64,000 nucleotides of DNA, taken from contig JAYWIR010000036.1 of assembly GCA_036172245.1 (NCBI GenBank), positions 2,108,001 to 2,172,000 of the forward strand, in the 5' to 3' direction. The notes beneath the pieces were generated by a model. The model searched no databases. It saw nothing but the letters and a program-made list of their open reading frames with translations, and was not told the DNA's origin. This stretch comes from Raillietiella orientalis (taxonomy: Eukaryota). The position numbers and the translations under genes are program-made. Each line of letters begins with the position of its first letter. The stretch's first letter is position 1. Below, in pieces: positions 49,773 through 64,000 of the stretch.

Positions 49773-52700
49773 CTCATGCTCGGGTAGATGGGCAGATTTG
49801 ACACAAGTCCTCAAGGATTGGGCTAGGGCGCACGATGGGCTCGCAGAGGGCACAGCGGTGCGGCGCGCCACTCGGCCATGCTCGGGCGACACTGCGAACA
49901 CTACGGTTGCCAGAAGAGCTCGCATTTTATTTCCGTGTCCGCTTCTTTCGTCATCTCCTTGGGGATGTGTCGCATCGCAAGAGCTCGGGCACCCCCCAGA
50001 ATGATCCCCCCGCCTTGACGGCCGTGGCTGCTGACCTCGTGGTTTCAGCTTCAGGCAGAGGCAGCCACGGAAACATCAGGTTTTTCGTTTTGGTGAAGGA
50101 AAACAAAAAGAAGGAACAACAACAACAACAACAAAATTTGGTTGAGTTTCACGAACTCTATATTAATCGAGTACAAAATCGATTGGTTGAATCCTGGAGA
50201 GCTTGCTGTAAGTTGAGTTCCGAACCTCGGAAGGAATTGATTTGCATGCGGATAATTCCGAGAGGGTGGGAACACTGCGTTTCCGTCGCCTTCGCCATGT
50301 CCCAATGATGATGTCGGAACCCTCTTCCTTCTTCATCTGTCCATCCCCCACATATCATTAGTTTGGCTAATCCCAAAACCAGAGCGTGCTCCCCACTTCT
50401 GGACGCCGAAATCAAGCAAAGATTCATGTCCGAGCAGGCTTCATCCCCCCCCCCTCTCCGAAATGTTGGTAAATCAAGTGAGGAATTAGCCTTTTCCTTG
50501 GAAAGTATGTAGTGGACGCTAACAAAGTGCAGATGACCAATTCCCATTACACAGGAAGCAGACAATAATAATAATAATAATAAAGTCTTAATGAAGTAAG
50601 AAAAACAGTCGAGGTTTAAATGGCATTAGGATCAAATTGCTGGAGGAAAAAGCGGTAGACATGCTAAAGAAAGTAAGAAACAACGGATGTGTTACACACA
50701 AAAAAAAAACTGAATGCTGTAATTGCAGCAAAAATGAAATGTTAGAACTGAAATAGAAGACGGCTTGTCGATTGTGCTGGTGGATTGTTTGGGGTTAACA
50801 GTTTTCTATTGTATTACCAAGTGTTGAAGGTGTGGTTTGCCTGTTGATCCACTTGCGTTTTCCGTCTTTGCTCTCGTCTATCCTTGGAATCACCTTACCC
50901 GCGTTTTAAACGAACATTTCCGAGTTTTCTTACTCATAACGAACACCACGTATTCTGTCAGTCTGTTAGAAGAAAATCTTCGGCGACTCCGGGAGGTTCT
51001 TGCAAATCTGGCTCTTGCACACTTGCGCTGTTGTTGATTGCGACTTTTGAATGCCTTCGAATTCTTTGCATTCGTTCTGAATGAGAAAAAAAATAAAAAC
51101 GAGAATACGAAACCGGGTGATACGCTTACTACAAAATAAATTATACCGTCTTTTTTAATTAAAACTTCTTCTGCTCTTTAAATCACATCACCTAAAAAAA
51201 AATATCTTGAAAAGTTGCTCAAGTGTGAAAGTCGTTTGTACTTCTTAACCTCCCGGTCTGAAGGCACTTCTGCCTCCTCAGCAATCTTAGGTTCCAGAGG
51301 GTGGGTCTGAAGACAAACCGTTCAAGATCTGAGCGCCATGACCATTCCTTTAATTTTGCTGGAAGTGCGCTCATTTTTCACTTTTTGCGAAGCTACCGAG
51401 ATCTTATGAGCACGGGAAGTAACGAACTGTGGCTCATCTTGAGGGAGGGCTACCGTTCGGCCTTCCGCTGCTGTCGTGCATCCTCCGTTCCCTCCGGGAT
51501 GTGCGAGACGGTGGCACACTGTGCCACCATGTGTTAAAGAGACCTCCTGATCAGCCCTCCTTCGCGACGGTCGCACTGCGTCGAGGCGAAAGGAACCCCT
51601 GAAGGAAGAGCGAAACTCAAGAGTCAACAAGTTGTGTTGCCGGCGGAGTTCTGAAATTACGTATCGCCAAATCGATAGATTTGGCAACTGCAGAATTCAA
51701 AACGAAAGAAAGAAATACATCGAACGCAAATAGTCAGGGAACATCGCGCACAATGTTCGCGTGTAAGGTGAACCTGTGCACGCCGAGGGCGAACCGAGGT
51801 CAGCAAGTGAGCTAGTGACCTAGCGGCATCTCCTCCGATGCTGCTGCCGTCCCATTCAGGGCTTGGATTCCCCACGCCTTAGGCGCCGGCGATGAAGGTG
51901 GGGGGCGACCAACGCTTGCCGGGCGGCCACCCGCGCCGGATGGAAAGTCGGAAAGGGGAGGTTGACAGGTCCGGGGGGCGACCCGGAAGGGACCAGGTGT
52001 CGGCTGCGCTTCCGACAGAGCGGGCAGAGGCTTGCTGGCAGCAGGACCGAAGGCGGGACGGACCTCGGAGCTCCTGGCTTGGTGCTCCAGCCGGTCCTCC
52101 GCTTTCCCAACGGGAAGACGGGGGAATGGCGCGCGCTTCCAACTTCCTCCCGTCGGAGGGGTCCTCTCCGCGAGCGGTCGCCTCGCCACCCAAGGGTAAT
52201 AGCTCCCCAGGGAACGCAGCGACAAGAGGAGGATGCACGCTGGCTGTGCTAGGAGCATCCGCGGAACATTTCTCCAAGGACGAAAGTGACCGGAAAAAGA
52301 CCTTCCCCCTTTCGGGTCTTTTAGGAGCTCTGGTCCCATCCGAAGGAGAATGTGAGGGATGATCATCTTCCAGGAAGAAAGGGATGAGGGGGGCACCGCA
52401 GGCGGCCACCCTTTTGGGGTGGTTCAAATCGGGAGGGCGGGTGGCCGAAAGCGCCTGCGGGAAGGTCGATCTCCGAACTCGGCGGCGGCCCGCTGTTCCG
52501 GCGCCGAGAACTGGCGGTACGGAAGGCGCGTGCGCGTTCTCCCCTGAAGGTCTCCGCGGGTTGCGAAACGTCCCTGGCAAAGACTTCCTCCCCGTTGCCA
52601 AGGAAAACGATCGCCATGGCGACGTGATGGGCCCTCCGGGGGATCCCGCGATACGGCGAGAAGCCCTCCCCCTTTGAAGAGGGACGTCGGTGACAAACGG

Positions 52701-52910
52701 TCTTCCATCGTGCCGCTCTTTTCTTTGGTTCCCGTCCGCTCCACCGCGTAGGGACCGCCCGCCGTCCGGCTTTGGGAACCGCAGGCGTCGCCGCTGAAGA
52801 TGAAGAGCCACAGGAAACCCCAAGCGGCTGGGAGGAAACGCGCCCGGGCGCGCGCGCCGCCGCCGCGGGTGTCCTTTCGGTGCGCTTGTCACCGATCGCG
52901 CGCGCAGCAC

Positions 52911-53102
52911 CGCCACCATTTTGCGCTCCGTTCTGTTAAAATGGCGCGACATGGCCGGGGGCTCCTTTTCGCACGCGCGCGCCGGCGGATTCCGGTTACA
53001 GTGCCGCCGCCGCCATTTCACGTCCCATCGAAGAGATGGCGCGCGAGGTTGCCGGGGGGCGTTCTCGCGCGCTGCCGCCGCCAAGCCCCGACGCCATTTT
53101 GC
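52911..53102. promoter_or_regulatory. Cluster of YY1/Pleiohomeotic-type motifs in a CpG-dense segment
   Basis: AAAATGGCG (52938), ACATGGCC (~52949), CGCCATTT (53011), AGATGGCG (~53034) and CGCCATTTT (53092) lie within ~170 bp. Confidence 0.4.
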
Positions 53103-56100
53103 TTCCCCCTCCCTCCATCATCCCCAAGCGTTGGCGGTGCGTGCTGGTAGGGTATTCTCCGCGTGCCTTCGTCGCCAGGCGGGCGAGAGAGGGAAAAAAG
53201 AAAAACAAGTCAGCGAGTGACCTCCTGTGACGCGCTTCTCTGCAGGGAAACACCGTTGCACAGCTAAGGCGGCCATGTGACCCACCACGTCAAACGCTTG
53301 GCGTGTGCCTACGACCCGATGGGGAGGAGAAGAGGGAGGATGAAGGTCAACGCCGCTGCGGAGGCTTGCCGGAGGGAACGGGAACAACTCGGGAGAGGAC
53401 TGGGGACGGAAGAAGGATGGGGTGAAGGGTTAGGAGGAGAGGTGGGAAACGCCCGGCACGCTGCGTGCCACAGAGCAGGCAGGAATTCACGAGGTCGCGG
53501 GAACCGCTGGGATCCACTTCCGAGCAGGCACATCGCCTTCACCGAAATTCCTCCTGGCAGGATGCTCCCTGAGGCGAAGCACGAGGTTGCCCACCCTTCT
53601 TCCAGCCTGCCCCGTCTGTTGTAAACACATAGAATCAGAAAAGATGCCGCTCCCTCTGCGGCTCCAGGAGACGATCGAACTTAGCGACCCTCGACCTTAA
53701 ACCCCCCTCTCCCGACCTCGGGTCGGGGGAACCAAAAGTCTCTTTTGCGGCGACACTCGGCGGACGTCTGCAGTTACTCCGACCGCGGGATGATGGCGCT
53801 GCTGTGCCTCCCTCCGGAGCTCCTCCCAGTGGACTTCTCGAGGGCGCGACGCCTCCCCCCCTCTCTATTTTTCTCCTTTTTACCACCGCCCTTCGCTCTC
53901 CGCTCGCTGAGCAGAAGAGCGCCAAGCGTTTCAGGCGTGCTGCTCGTTGCGCAATGTCACTGGTGCTGCGCTGCAAGGAAACCGCCGGGCCCAGCGCGTG
54001 GATGGGCGGGCGGAGGTGGAGCGCTGGGGAGGAGACGAAGTCCGGCATCCCTCATCGCTACCCACGAGTGACCGATTCTGAGCTCCTGGGGGAAACCGGC
54101 GGTTGCGTGCGGGAATCATTCCTTCGCCGGAGTAGGAGTGCAGGAAGGCGCCCCCACAGGGAAGCCCCGCTTTCCTTCTGCAGCCTTCGCCTTTCCGAGG
54201 AAGGCCGCCGCCGGGCAGCTCCCTCGACGACCACGCGGACGTAGCAACGTCGTGCCTGCGAGTGGTTCGCCCGCGACCGGGGAATGACGGTGGTCCTCGA
54301 GCCTCCGCCCCGTCCTCCTCGCCCGGCTCCGGCGGCGGGAGGAAAAGACGAGGCGAACACGTATGCTCGAAGAACGCGGTGGTCCGCGGGGGTCCATTTT
54401 GCAGCTGACAGATCAGCCTGGAAAGCGACGTCTCCCACCCCATCTCGAGGGCGGTCGCCCGCTTTCGTGGGAAGCAGGGAAAACCGCCTGGGAGCGCGCG
54501 CCCTTTTTAGTAGTCGTCGACCTCTCCGTTCTGTTCCTCTGCCGCCCCTTCCTCACCGAGTCTTCCGAAGGCGCGTTGAGGCCTCGCACGAGACCCGCCG
54601 AAGCCCCGGCACCGGGACCAGGAAACCGACTGTCGTGGTTGGGTGGGTGGGCGCGCTTCCCTGTCACTGGCTCTGCTGCCCGCCGGCCCATCCGGGTTGG
54701 ACGGACGGACATCCGCCAACCAGCCGGAGGGGGGGGGGCGCCCGTACCTCGCGGACTGGCCGAGTGTCCCCTTCACGGAGCTCCTCCCTCCTACGACGCA
54801 GCCACGGAAAGGTGCAGGCAAGCAGGCGCTCCAAAGGCGACTTCCGGCTCCGTCTTCGAAGTCTGCGCAGGAACCGGGAAGCGCTGAGGGGGAGGGAGGG
54901 TAACCCACGTGCGCTCCGGCAGTTCACTTCCGGTGGAGGCAGCATCCACCGACGGGAAGATGCAAAAGGCACTCCTCGGCGCCATCTGGAGGCGTGCGCA
55001 AACACCGTACTGGCCAATACCAAGGGAACAACCACCCGGTGGTATGCCGCCATTATCGCATTGATGTGGGAGGGGGCCAGCGATTCCGAGACATTATGGC
55101 GTGCGGTCCCATGCTGTGGCCAGGGCAACTCAAGAGAGAGCGATGAACCTACCCTAAGGGCTTGAGACTCGAGGGGCGGGTGAAGGACGAAGCAAGCCAA
55201 GCGGGAACCCACGACTCAGGTCAAACAAGGCCTCAGGAACGAAGGCCGGCGTGCAGTCTTGGGCCAAGCTGCTGCTCTCCGGAAACAGACAGCTCCCTCG
55301 AATGGCTCGTCGGACGAATTCGGATGTTTTCACGCGGTGCTCTTTCCGAGTCTGCTCCACAGGTGGGTCCGCGGCGGCGGCACGGGGACACGAGAACCGA
55401 ATCGTGGCAGCCGAAGGGAAACGGCACGCAACGCTCCCGGACCCGGGGCACACGAAGGCGACCTGACGCACTTGAGAAAAAAGACACCTTGTCCTCCGGG
55501 AACTCATCCTGAAACCCTGCGTGAGACGATGGAAAGTAAGGAACGTGGGAAGGTGTGCAGAGAGAAGCTGGCTGGACCACGTGCTGCTTGTCTTCGGGAG
55601 AGGAGAGGGGAGGGGGGGGAGACATCCTGCCGTCCGCCGAAACTGCGCAAGAAGCTCGCGTCCAACGGACAGGCCGGGCGACGAGAATGGATAGCGAGTC
55701 CATGGAAACGGAACCCACCGGCAGCAGCTTGTGACAATGGTGGATGCGACCTCTTGAGGTGTTTCGGTATGCCCGCGCCTGGTGACCTTGTGGCACACAC
55801 GTCCGCGGACCTTTCGGCATCGCCCGACCCTTTGTTTCAAATTTCACCGCTCGCCTAGGAGTTGGCCGGATCCACCCCGGGTCAGGAGAAAAAATTGGAG
55901 CAGCTGACATTCCTTCCGCGAGATCAGGGGGACCTGGGCGGCTGCTGACCTTTACATGCGGGACCACTCCTCATTCGAAATCCCCAAAGTGCGGAGAAGG
56001 GGAAATGCAGGAGGAATGTGCAGGGCACGTGGGCACCTCCTACGTGTCGAATGGACCGCTGGATGCTGCGAGGCCCCTCACCAGTCGCAGTCGCGAACTC

Positions 56101-59100
56101 AGAAGCGTGTTCCTACGTGTACTCCATCACGGGGGCACAACGCCCGTGGCAGATCACCACTGGTAGGGTTGCGCGCCGCGAAAGCGATTAGGTCACCCAT
56201 CCAATCCGCGCACTCCGGAAACTCAGTATCGCCGCCGCCCGCTCCAGAAGCCATCAGGAGGAACTCGCGGCTTCTCGGGCGGATGCCAGAGCACCTCCAG
56301 ATGATTGGACCACGTGGAAGGAAGCGTGCACGAAAGCACGGGGCGTGCACGCACACACAAGCCAACACGACACATTGAACGATGCAAAGATAAAAGCAGC
56401 CGGTTAACCGGGCAAGTCTGGTTGCTAAGCAACTGGCATGTGGGAAGTGGCACTTTGTGCTTGCGCGACGGTGGCGCTGTATGCCCCCTTCTGTGCCTCG
56501 GACGATCCTGAAGTCACAAATCCTGACTTCTACCTTCCTACCCCCTCCCCCCCCCGGTCAGGGACATCGACGCAAGAAGTGAGAAAGGAACCCTTGACAC
56601 AAACACGACCAAAGGATTATCGGAATTATGGCACATGACCATGCGTGATAGGTAATGCCGAAGGCAAAAACGCTCTTCACGCGAAAGATTGATCGATCGA
56701 ATAGGATCTGCCCGCTGCGAATGTCTTGCAAACCACTGGTCAAACGCTCCCGAGGAGAATACGGGAAAACTGGACAAGCCAGATGAGGTCGTCTCCACGG
56801 AACAGCGTCTTCACGGCACGCACGTCGCAACGGCCACTGGCCCCAGAATGGGGCGAGAGAACACAACTTTCGGATGCCGCTACCGCACTGGAAGTACTGG
56901 CTAAAAATTCCTCTAGCACCTCGTGAACGTTACCAGAGTTGGTTCCATTTTTCATAAAAAGGGCTGACAATGTCAGTAAGCAGCAACATCGAGTGTTCCC
57001 GAAAACGGGATGAGCGACCCCCTCAGCTCTTGTAAGGGAAGCTTCGCTCTGGTGTTTACAGAGAAGACCTCCTGAACGTAACAAAGCACACAGAGGTAAC
57101 GATGTTTGAGTACGCGCCTACACTTTATTCCAGAACAAACCTCGGGGATTACCCGAGTTTCCACCAACGACAGAAGCCCCAGATAAAACAAAGCGCTCTT
57201 GCGCTTGGGGGAAGGAGCTAAGCTGCCCAAAGTGCTCACTGGACGAGTGTTAACCGGAAGCCACTCCAGCAATAAGCCGTCAGCAGCACTCCGCAATGAA
57301 GTAAAGGAGAAAACCTCGAGCTAATAACAAGGTCGGATTGCTTTGCGTCTCACTTCTTTGGAACATACTCGGTCCGGTGGATGCCACTCGGAAAGGTGCC
57401 CTGGGTGGAGCGGGCCGGAAAGCACGGGCGAAGAAGAAACCACCACAGTGTGTTGGATGCGAGCGCCCCTACCAAATCCCCGCTTCCTGCGGCGCCACGC
57501 GCAAAACGTGCCCACGACTGTTCCTCGTGGGGATCGCAGTGCAAGGCAAAACGGGAACTTTCAGAACCTTCGCTCGAAACGGCCGCTCGTACTTTCGCTA
57601 CACCTTGAACACTCCCAGAGACGTCGGATAGACACAGAACGCCGCACATCGCACCCGGTGACAACCACCCCATAATCTGGCCAATGTCTCTTCCACTCTC
57701 TCACGTTGCTGTTCACCTAGGCACATTCCATAAACGAAACACCCGAAGTCCCGTGAACAAGACGGATGATGGCCACTGACCGTCCATTAGACATTTGGCC
57801 TGCAGACCCAAATCGAATTGACAAAAAAGAGACCCTCGTCACCAGCGAGGAAGTGCCGTTGTAGCGTTCGCTTTCACCACGCCCAAAGAGACATTTGCGC
57901 AAATGAGCTGAACGTGGTAAATTCGGAAAAAAAAAAAAAACTCAGAAGAAGACCACAGAAAACAGAATCTATCTGCAAACACGCCCACTCTGAGATGCAC
58001 GATGCTATCGGGGGGGGGAGAAATAAAAAAATAAACACCTTCGAACGTGCTTAGAGCAAAGGTGGGATCGATGGAACGTTGGTTTGCGGCAATTGGACAA
58101 TTCTCCAGGCGAGAATGACCTCTGCGATCGAGTCACTGGAACACCGAACTCTCGAAAGCTCAGAGGAAAGAAAAAAAAAAAAAACAGATTGGACTCTTTC
58201 GTCAAAAAATTAATGGACACGGCTTTGCTCCTAACAGGCAAGTTAGTGAAGCGTGCAGCGGTCCAGCTGCTGCGGAAAAGAATCCCAACGAAAGTGCCAG
58301 CACGATGATGCACAGTACCCATCACGGAGACCTCAGGCGAACCTCGTGGGAGATGCCGAACCATGCATCACACCAGAGTCTGAAACATCAATCAAGACGA
58401 CAATTACGCAGCACGAAACAGTTAGCAGAGATGGGATGCAAGGAGTATCAACTGCAAGGAGGAAGAACACGCGCAGCTCCATTTCGCAGATAACACTCAC
58501 CAAAGATGATGGCACGACTGCTAATAAAATCGCTTTGGAAATGGAAAACCAACTTTAGAAATCTTGAAGGTGCACAAGAATTCACATTATAACAAATGCT
58601 TCCATAAAATACAAGGGCGAAAGGTAAATAATGGCTATTATGAGGTCAGCGCAGAGGGTAAGTAGAAAAAGAAGGGGGAGGGGGGAGTCACAAGAAAATT
58701 CCAAAAAAGGAAACGGCGCTCAAAGGTGAAATTGACACATCCACGCATACGTTCAACCACAGTTCCAACGAACCCTACAGAGCAATCATATCCCAATTGC
58801 ACTAATCTATCACCGTAAGATGCACCATGCATTCCAATGAACAATTACCTCAACGATCTGCTAAAGAGTAGCGATCCTTCACTCCGGCAACAGCCAGCAT
58901 GCTTTCCGATTCTGTGTAATCGCTGGTCTTATACGGCTGAAAGTAATAACCTGCACTTGTGCGATTCCATCCGCAGGACTGGGGCAACGCGGGAATTCAT
59001 GGGGGGGGGGGGGGGGGGAAGGAAATGCGGCGTCGGAGAAAGACCACGCCAAACATCTTTGAGAGCAGCCTCAAGGAGGGAAGAGCGCACGCAATGACCC

Positions 59101-61123
59101 GGAAGGTTGCCCCGTTACCATGGAGGCGCCGCATCGGATCCTTGGTGCTTCGGTCGCAGAGACCGTGCTGCTCCGCGGGTCTTTGCGACCAACGCTACGA
59201 GTCGAAACAGACGAACGGACGCGGGAAAGTCTACGGAAAACCGGCGGCGACGTCAACATCTTCTTCTTCCCCGAGGGCCGACCGGTTCGACTGCGTTCCC
59301 TACACAACGGACACCACCAATTTTGAAAGAAGCAAAAGCGCCAGACGAAGACCGGATGTAGTTCTACCGAGATGTGCCACCGAGCAGCCCAACCAGGTTT
59401 GGGGGGGGGGGGGAGGGCGTCCGCCGCTCCCTTCCGTACGGTGCAGTCTGACCTCGAGGGTGGCCGACGAACAAACGCTGCATTGAAACAACGAAAGAGC
59501 ACCTTTCGAAAAGGGCACATCACGCTGCCTTGGTAGTACTCACGGCACAGTTGGCACCATTGGTATTGTACCAGGGAAACCCTTGTCCGGAAACGCCCCT
59601 TTTTAACTCCCCCCTCCCCCCCAAACGGCACTGGAAAAACAAAAAGTCCAACCATTCAAGCTAAACTTTGGTCCAAGGAGGATGCGGAGGTTCGATTCGG
59701 TAAACCACAAGAGTCGATCCCTCAACAAGGATAGCTGAAATCATTCCACCTCGTACTGCAGCCGAACAGAAGAAAACAGAAAACTGACTGGAGAGACGGC
59801 AAATGACCGGAGAGGTTAAAGTCCACCAATCGGCTTACTCAAAATACTCAAACGGATGACCAAGGAATATGAAGAAGAAGAAAAAAACACAGAAAAGAAA
59901 GAAAGGGCGATTACCTCGATTCCAGAGCGCACCACCACTTCTGTCGCTTAAAAGAAGACTTCCTTCCCTACTGATACACAGACAACAGCGAAACGTCCAC
60001 CCATCCATCAAATATCACGTGATGGACGCTTCCTGCAGCGGCCGCTGCATCTTCGCCGACGTGCGCGCACCGCACACACCAACCGAACGCACTTTCTGCT
60101 GCACCGTTCGGACACCATCCTTAGGAGATAGCATAACCAACCTGCGTGAAGGAAAGGACACTTTCTATCTGCCGGGAAAACGGAATAGCTTTGTCGAGAG
60201 GGCCAAAGCACTCGGGAGAGAACCACTTTCCTCATACCACACACGGGGGGGGGGACCTCCGTTCTCTGCTGGGATCGAAACCGTCGCACTGGCTGCAGCC
60301 TCGACATTTGCCCGTACAAAAGTGTATTGTATAAGTGGATCTGCGACGAGTCCTTAACATTTTAAGGCTGAGCATTACGGATCGGAAACACGTGTACCGT
60401 TGGCAGCTGAAATGAAGAGCACATTTGCAACAAATGTGGCGGCTCCTTAAATAAAAAAACATACATCAGAATAAACATGGATTTGCAGTGTCAAGAACTA
60501 CGTGTAAACCTTCAGTTGCCATGGTTTTTTTTTTTTTTCTTTCCTCCCCTGATGGATTCCATCGAACCCGTGCCGTGCAAAGAACGGAAAACGAATGTTG
60601 CGCTGATTTGCACCAAGTGCGAATCAAAACCTTTTTCGATGATGAGGTAATCCGATTAAATGATTTCACACGATTATATTCTTCACAAAAACTGAATTTC
60701 CAAAAACCAAACTTACTTGAATCCAAGCAAAAACTGTCAGATTTTTATTCGAATCAGTTTGAAAAATGCAATTAATGAGTAGTACAGCATGGAACTGCCA
60801 TAAAAAAAAAACTTTTATATCAATCACCTAATCAAATCTCTTTTTATCAAAAATTATTAAATTTTAAAAAATAAGGTCAACATATCCTTTACGAACTATA
60901 AAAAAAAGGGCAAATGTAGCATTTTTCTGTAATTATATCATAGGAAATGCTGATGATATTTGTTTAAAAGAAATAAAACTATGGAATGATATACCTAAAT
61001 TGACGACATTTATGCACATGGTTTTCAATGGAACACATATATGTACAATTGATAAGAGTATGGTTCCTCAGATTTTTTGCCTTACACTGAATTATAAGTA
61101 TATGCACTATTTCAAAAGAAATT

Positions 61124-62621
61124 TTATGCAAGAGGATCTTGACCATCCTCAGAACCTACACTACCAGCACTAGAAGAGCTTTCCTTAATCTTTTTAACTG
61201 ATGAGTTATCATTTTCGGAGTTTATCTTCCTTTTCCTATTATTCTCAGTTGGCTCCTGTTCACTGGAATGGCATTGGGGGAATATGATTGACCCACAATC
61301 ACTGGGAAGGGGACGTGACCGGGTGGACTTCACAGGTTCAATTGTTACTTCTCCTGACTGGAACTTGGTAGGCACAGAATCACTGCTGGAGTGCAAACTG
61401 GCCAACTCATCAGAAAATTCAACCATATCAACCGCTTTAAAGCACTGCTGATTTTCGGCACAAAGCTCTAATTCTTCTGGCAAGTGGTACTGATGGCACT
61501 TGCTGCAGCAAGGAGCATTCTCTGTTTGGGATGTCACTTGAGTCTCACAATCAGAAGAGTCCATCTTTTTGGGCTGTGGTATTATAGTAATCTCATTGTT
61601 GATTTTAATGGTTGGAGGTGCAGAGTCATTTTTCTTTGGAGTATCTAACACTCGCTTAGCTACCATACTGTGAGCTGAATACACATGATTTTCAAACAAA
61701 CGATACATGCTGAACGTAGCTGTACACACAGTACATTTATATGAAAGGTGGGCAGGCTTTAAGCTCATCTGATGATCCTTTGAAACATGATGGAGAAGTT
61801 TCCATTGATACACTTTTCCACAAATGGGACAACGACCACTGTCTTGACCTTTATTAGCTGCTTCTTGCATGCTCGATGTCACTAGGCCATGACTCCCCAA
61901 TAAATGTCTTTCTAAGCCTTGATCTGTAAAAAATCGATATTGGCACTTTTGACAATTGAGGGGAGGTCTGTTGTGGATCATTTTTGGGTGGATTTTCACT
62001 TTGTGAATCCATTGCATATGATTACGAAGTTGTTCTAAGTCCTTAATATAACCATCACACACTTCACAGATAACAAATGCGTTTTTGGCCAATGATTGTT
62101 GAGGGTTTCCTCGACTTGAAGGTGTCTTTCCTGGAACCTGTCTTGGAACAGGAGTGATAGAGATGCTGGGTTGCTGAGGCTGCTTGGAAACACTGGGCTT
62201 GCTCCCAGATTTGACATTCTGCTTCTACGTAAAAGACAAAAGCAAAGCACAGAAGTCCCTTACCTGGATAGATAATGAGCTGGGAAGATTGATAGTAGCT
62301 GGTTTTATAGATGCACCACTTTTCCCAGATTGCAATGATGGGACAAGAGTAACAGAGGTGCTGTTACTGTTGTAGGCAGGAGGGAGCATAAATCTCTGTG
62401 ATGAGGTATTAGGAGGCACATAATTGTTACCCAGCATAGACATCCCTTGACCATTCATCCACTTGACAAACAATATCAGAAAAGCATTTAAATTGGTAAA
62501 TTACCTGATAGAATTGATTGCGACCTTGCTTCATTCCAGGTGGCATAAGAATGGATTGTGAGCCACCAGAAGGAGAACGGTACAACAAGGGCCCATTAGT
62601 CGGCAATTGTAAATATCCTAC

Positions 62622-62656
<35 letters not shown>

Positions 62657-63084
62657 ATTACCAAGACACCAAATTAGGGCACACATTTCAAAGCTATGCA
62701 TGGAAATTTTGAACATTTTCAACACTTTTCAAATGCTGAAAACCCAGTTTTCATGAAATAAAAATATGAATGTCAGTGTAATGAAACGTTACTTTCACTC
62801 TGGTTTCTGTTTGTTAAATTACTTCGTCTTTCTATTCTCAGTTCTTTTCTGACTGCATTCAAATCAAAATAAGTAAATGAATTCTTTAAAAACAGCAAAC
62901 AAGTCTAGTTTATCCTACATCCTCAATGGACCGACAATCTTGCAACAAAATTACCTGAGGAATTTTTTAAACTATTAGAAACTGATAATCGCCCAAAAGA
63001 ATTTGCAGAAGTCTCTTTATATGCTCCAACAGGTCTGCCTCGCCCTCTTGCTTGGTTAGCATATGAAATCATTAAAGGCATTCC
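61124..63084 (-). CDS. MEP-1: MEP-1-like C2H2 zinc-finger protein (Mi-2/NuRD-associated), 3' part; exons ~63084-62956, ~62617-62506, ~62461-62264, 62224-61124; 5' part beyond the resolved region
   Basis: FVICEVCDGYIKDLEQLRNHMQWIHKVKIHPKMIHNRPPLNCQKCQYRFFTDQGLERHLLGSHGLVTSSMQEAANKGQDSGRCPICG...YKCTVCTATF is characteristic of arthropod MEP-1; upstream QPSISITP and RGRGRP motifs. Confidence 0.9.
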
Positions 63085-64000
63085 TAAAAAATTCAAACAG
63101 ACAATTATTCATCACAACCACATTGGTTTCACAAGATAAAGAGGCCATTACCCAAAAACTCTGATACTACAATGATACAAAGATTTCAACCTAATTAACA
63201 TTGGCTCAAGGTCTTTGACTCTGCCAAACAGTATTTTACAACCACTATGCTGGTGTTATTTTTTTTAAAAACTGCTCAACAGTATGCCTACTACCTAGAA
63301 GCAGCTGTATAATCAAAATACTGGCTAACTGAGAAAAAGACACCTTTGAAGCATGTGATGTGAGGAACAAATAACCACATACAGTTAATGTTTGAATTCA
63401 CGGACTTTTCGAATGCATACAGAGCATTGCAATCCTCCAATCTGCAAAATGGTGCATTATAAACTCACTTCTCCATTGTTTCAGAAGATGGCTTCATCGA
63501 TAATGCACAAAGCCAGATTTGAAAAACATCTCTCCAGAAGTAAACAGCTATACCAAATTGTTCCTGGATTCTAATTTTAAAAAATTTCGAAAAAGAAATC
63601 AACATTGATTTCGAAACTTCAGAACAAAGAACTGAACGAACCTTGCTGTTACAATATCTGAACAAGCCAAGATTGAAATGAGTTGTCTCCTGAATGTGGT
63701 TTTACTTAACAAATAATAAACACCAATGATAAAAACATACTTAAGCAAACAGAAATCTACAGAGAAAACTTTCAGCAGATAGCTTTCATCACAAACATGA
63801 AAAAAAAAACCTGCTACCTCAATATATATAAACGATTTAAAGCAAATCTGCCCTTACATTAAACCCAAAGGCATCTCTCCTTCCCCAAACTACAGGCTGT
63901 TGCAAGATATAATTGAATGCTGAGTTTTTCCTTTCAAATGAATATTCTTAATGAGGGCTCGTGATGATTAATGTGAAAGTACAGATGAATAAAGAATAAA

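Overview
Eukaryotic, very probably arthropod, genomic DNA (arthropod-type MEP-1; introns mostly 39-55 nt in AT-rich parts). No prokaryotic operons, CRISPR arrays or rRNA/tRNA genes were recognised. Recognisable spliced genes: NOL11 (5' part, minus), an RRM-MYND-multi-Tudor piRNA-pathway-type gene (minus), CFAP20 (plus), an Ldh_2/malate dehydrogenase-like gene (plus, 9 exons, one GC-AG intron), mitochondrial MCAT (minus), KIAA1143/DUF4604 (minus) and MEP-1 (3' part, minus). Phase-consistent orphan gene models include a transmembrane + coiled-coil protein hidden in a GC-rich block. Mobile DNA: a 5'-truncated L1/Tx1-type LINE with a 12-bp TSD, two very AT-rich MULE-like non-autonomous elements, and a dispersed element with a ~40-bp minisatellite. 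The dominant feature is a sharp kilobase-scale mosaic. AT-rich, CpG-poor blocks carry conserved genes with tiny introns. GC/CpG-rich blocks with many poly-G/C runs carry long introns and orphan exons. The mosaic cuts through single genes and changes their synonymous codon usage. All gene models and counts were made by eye; no searches were run, and no novel biological system is demonstrated.
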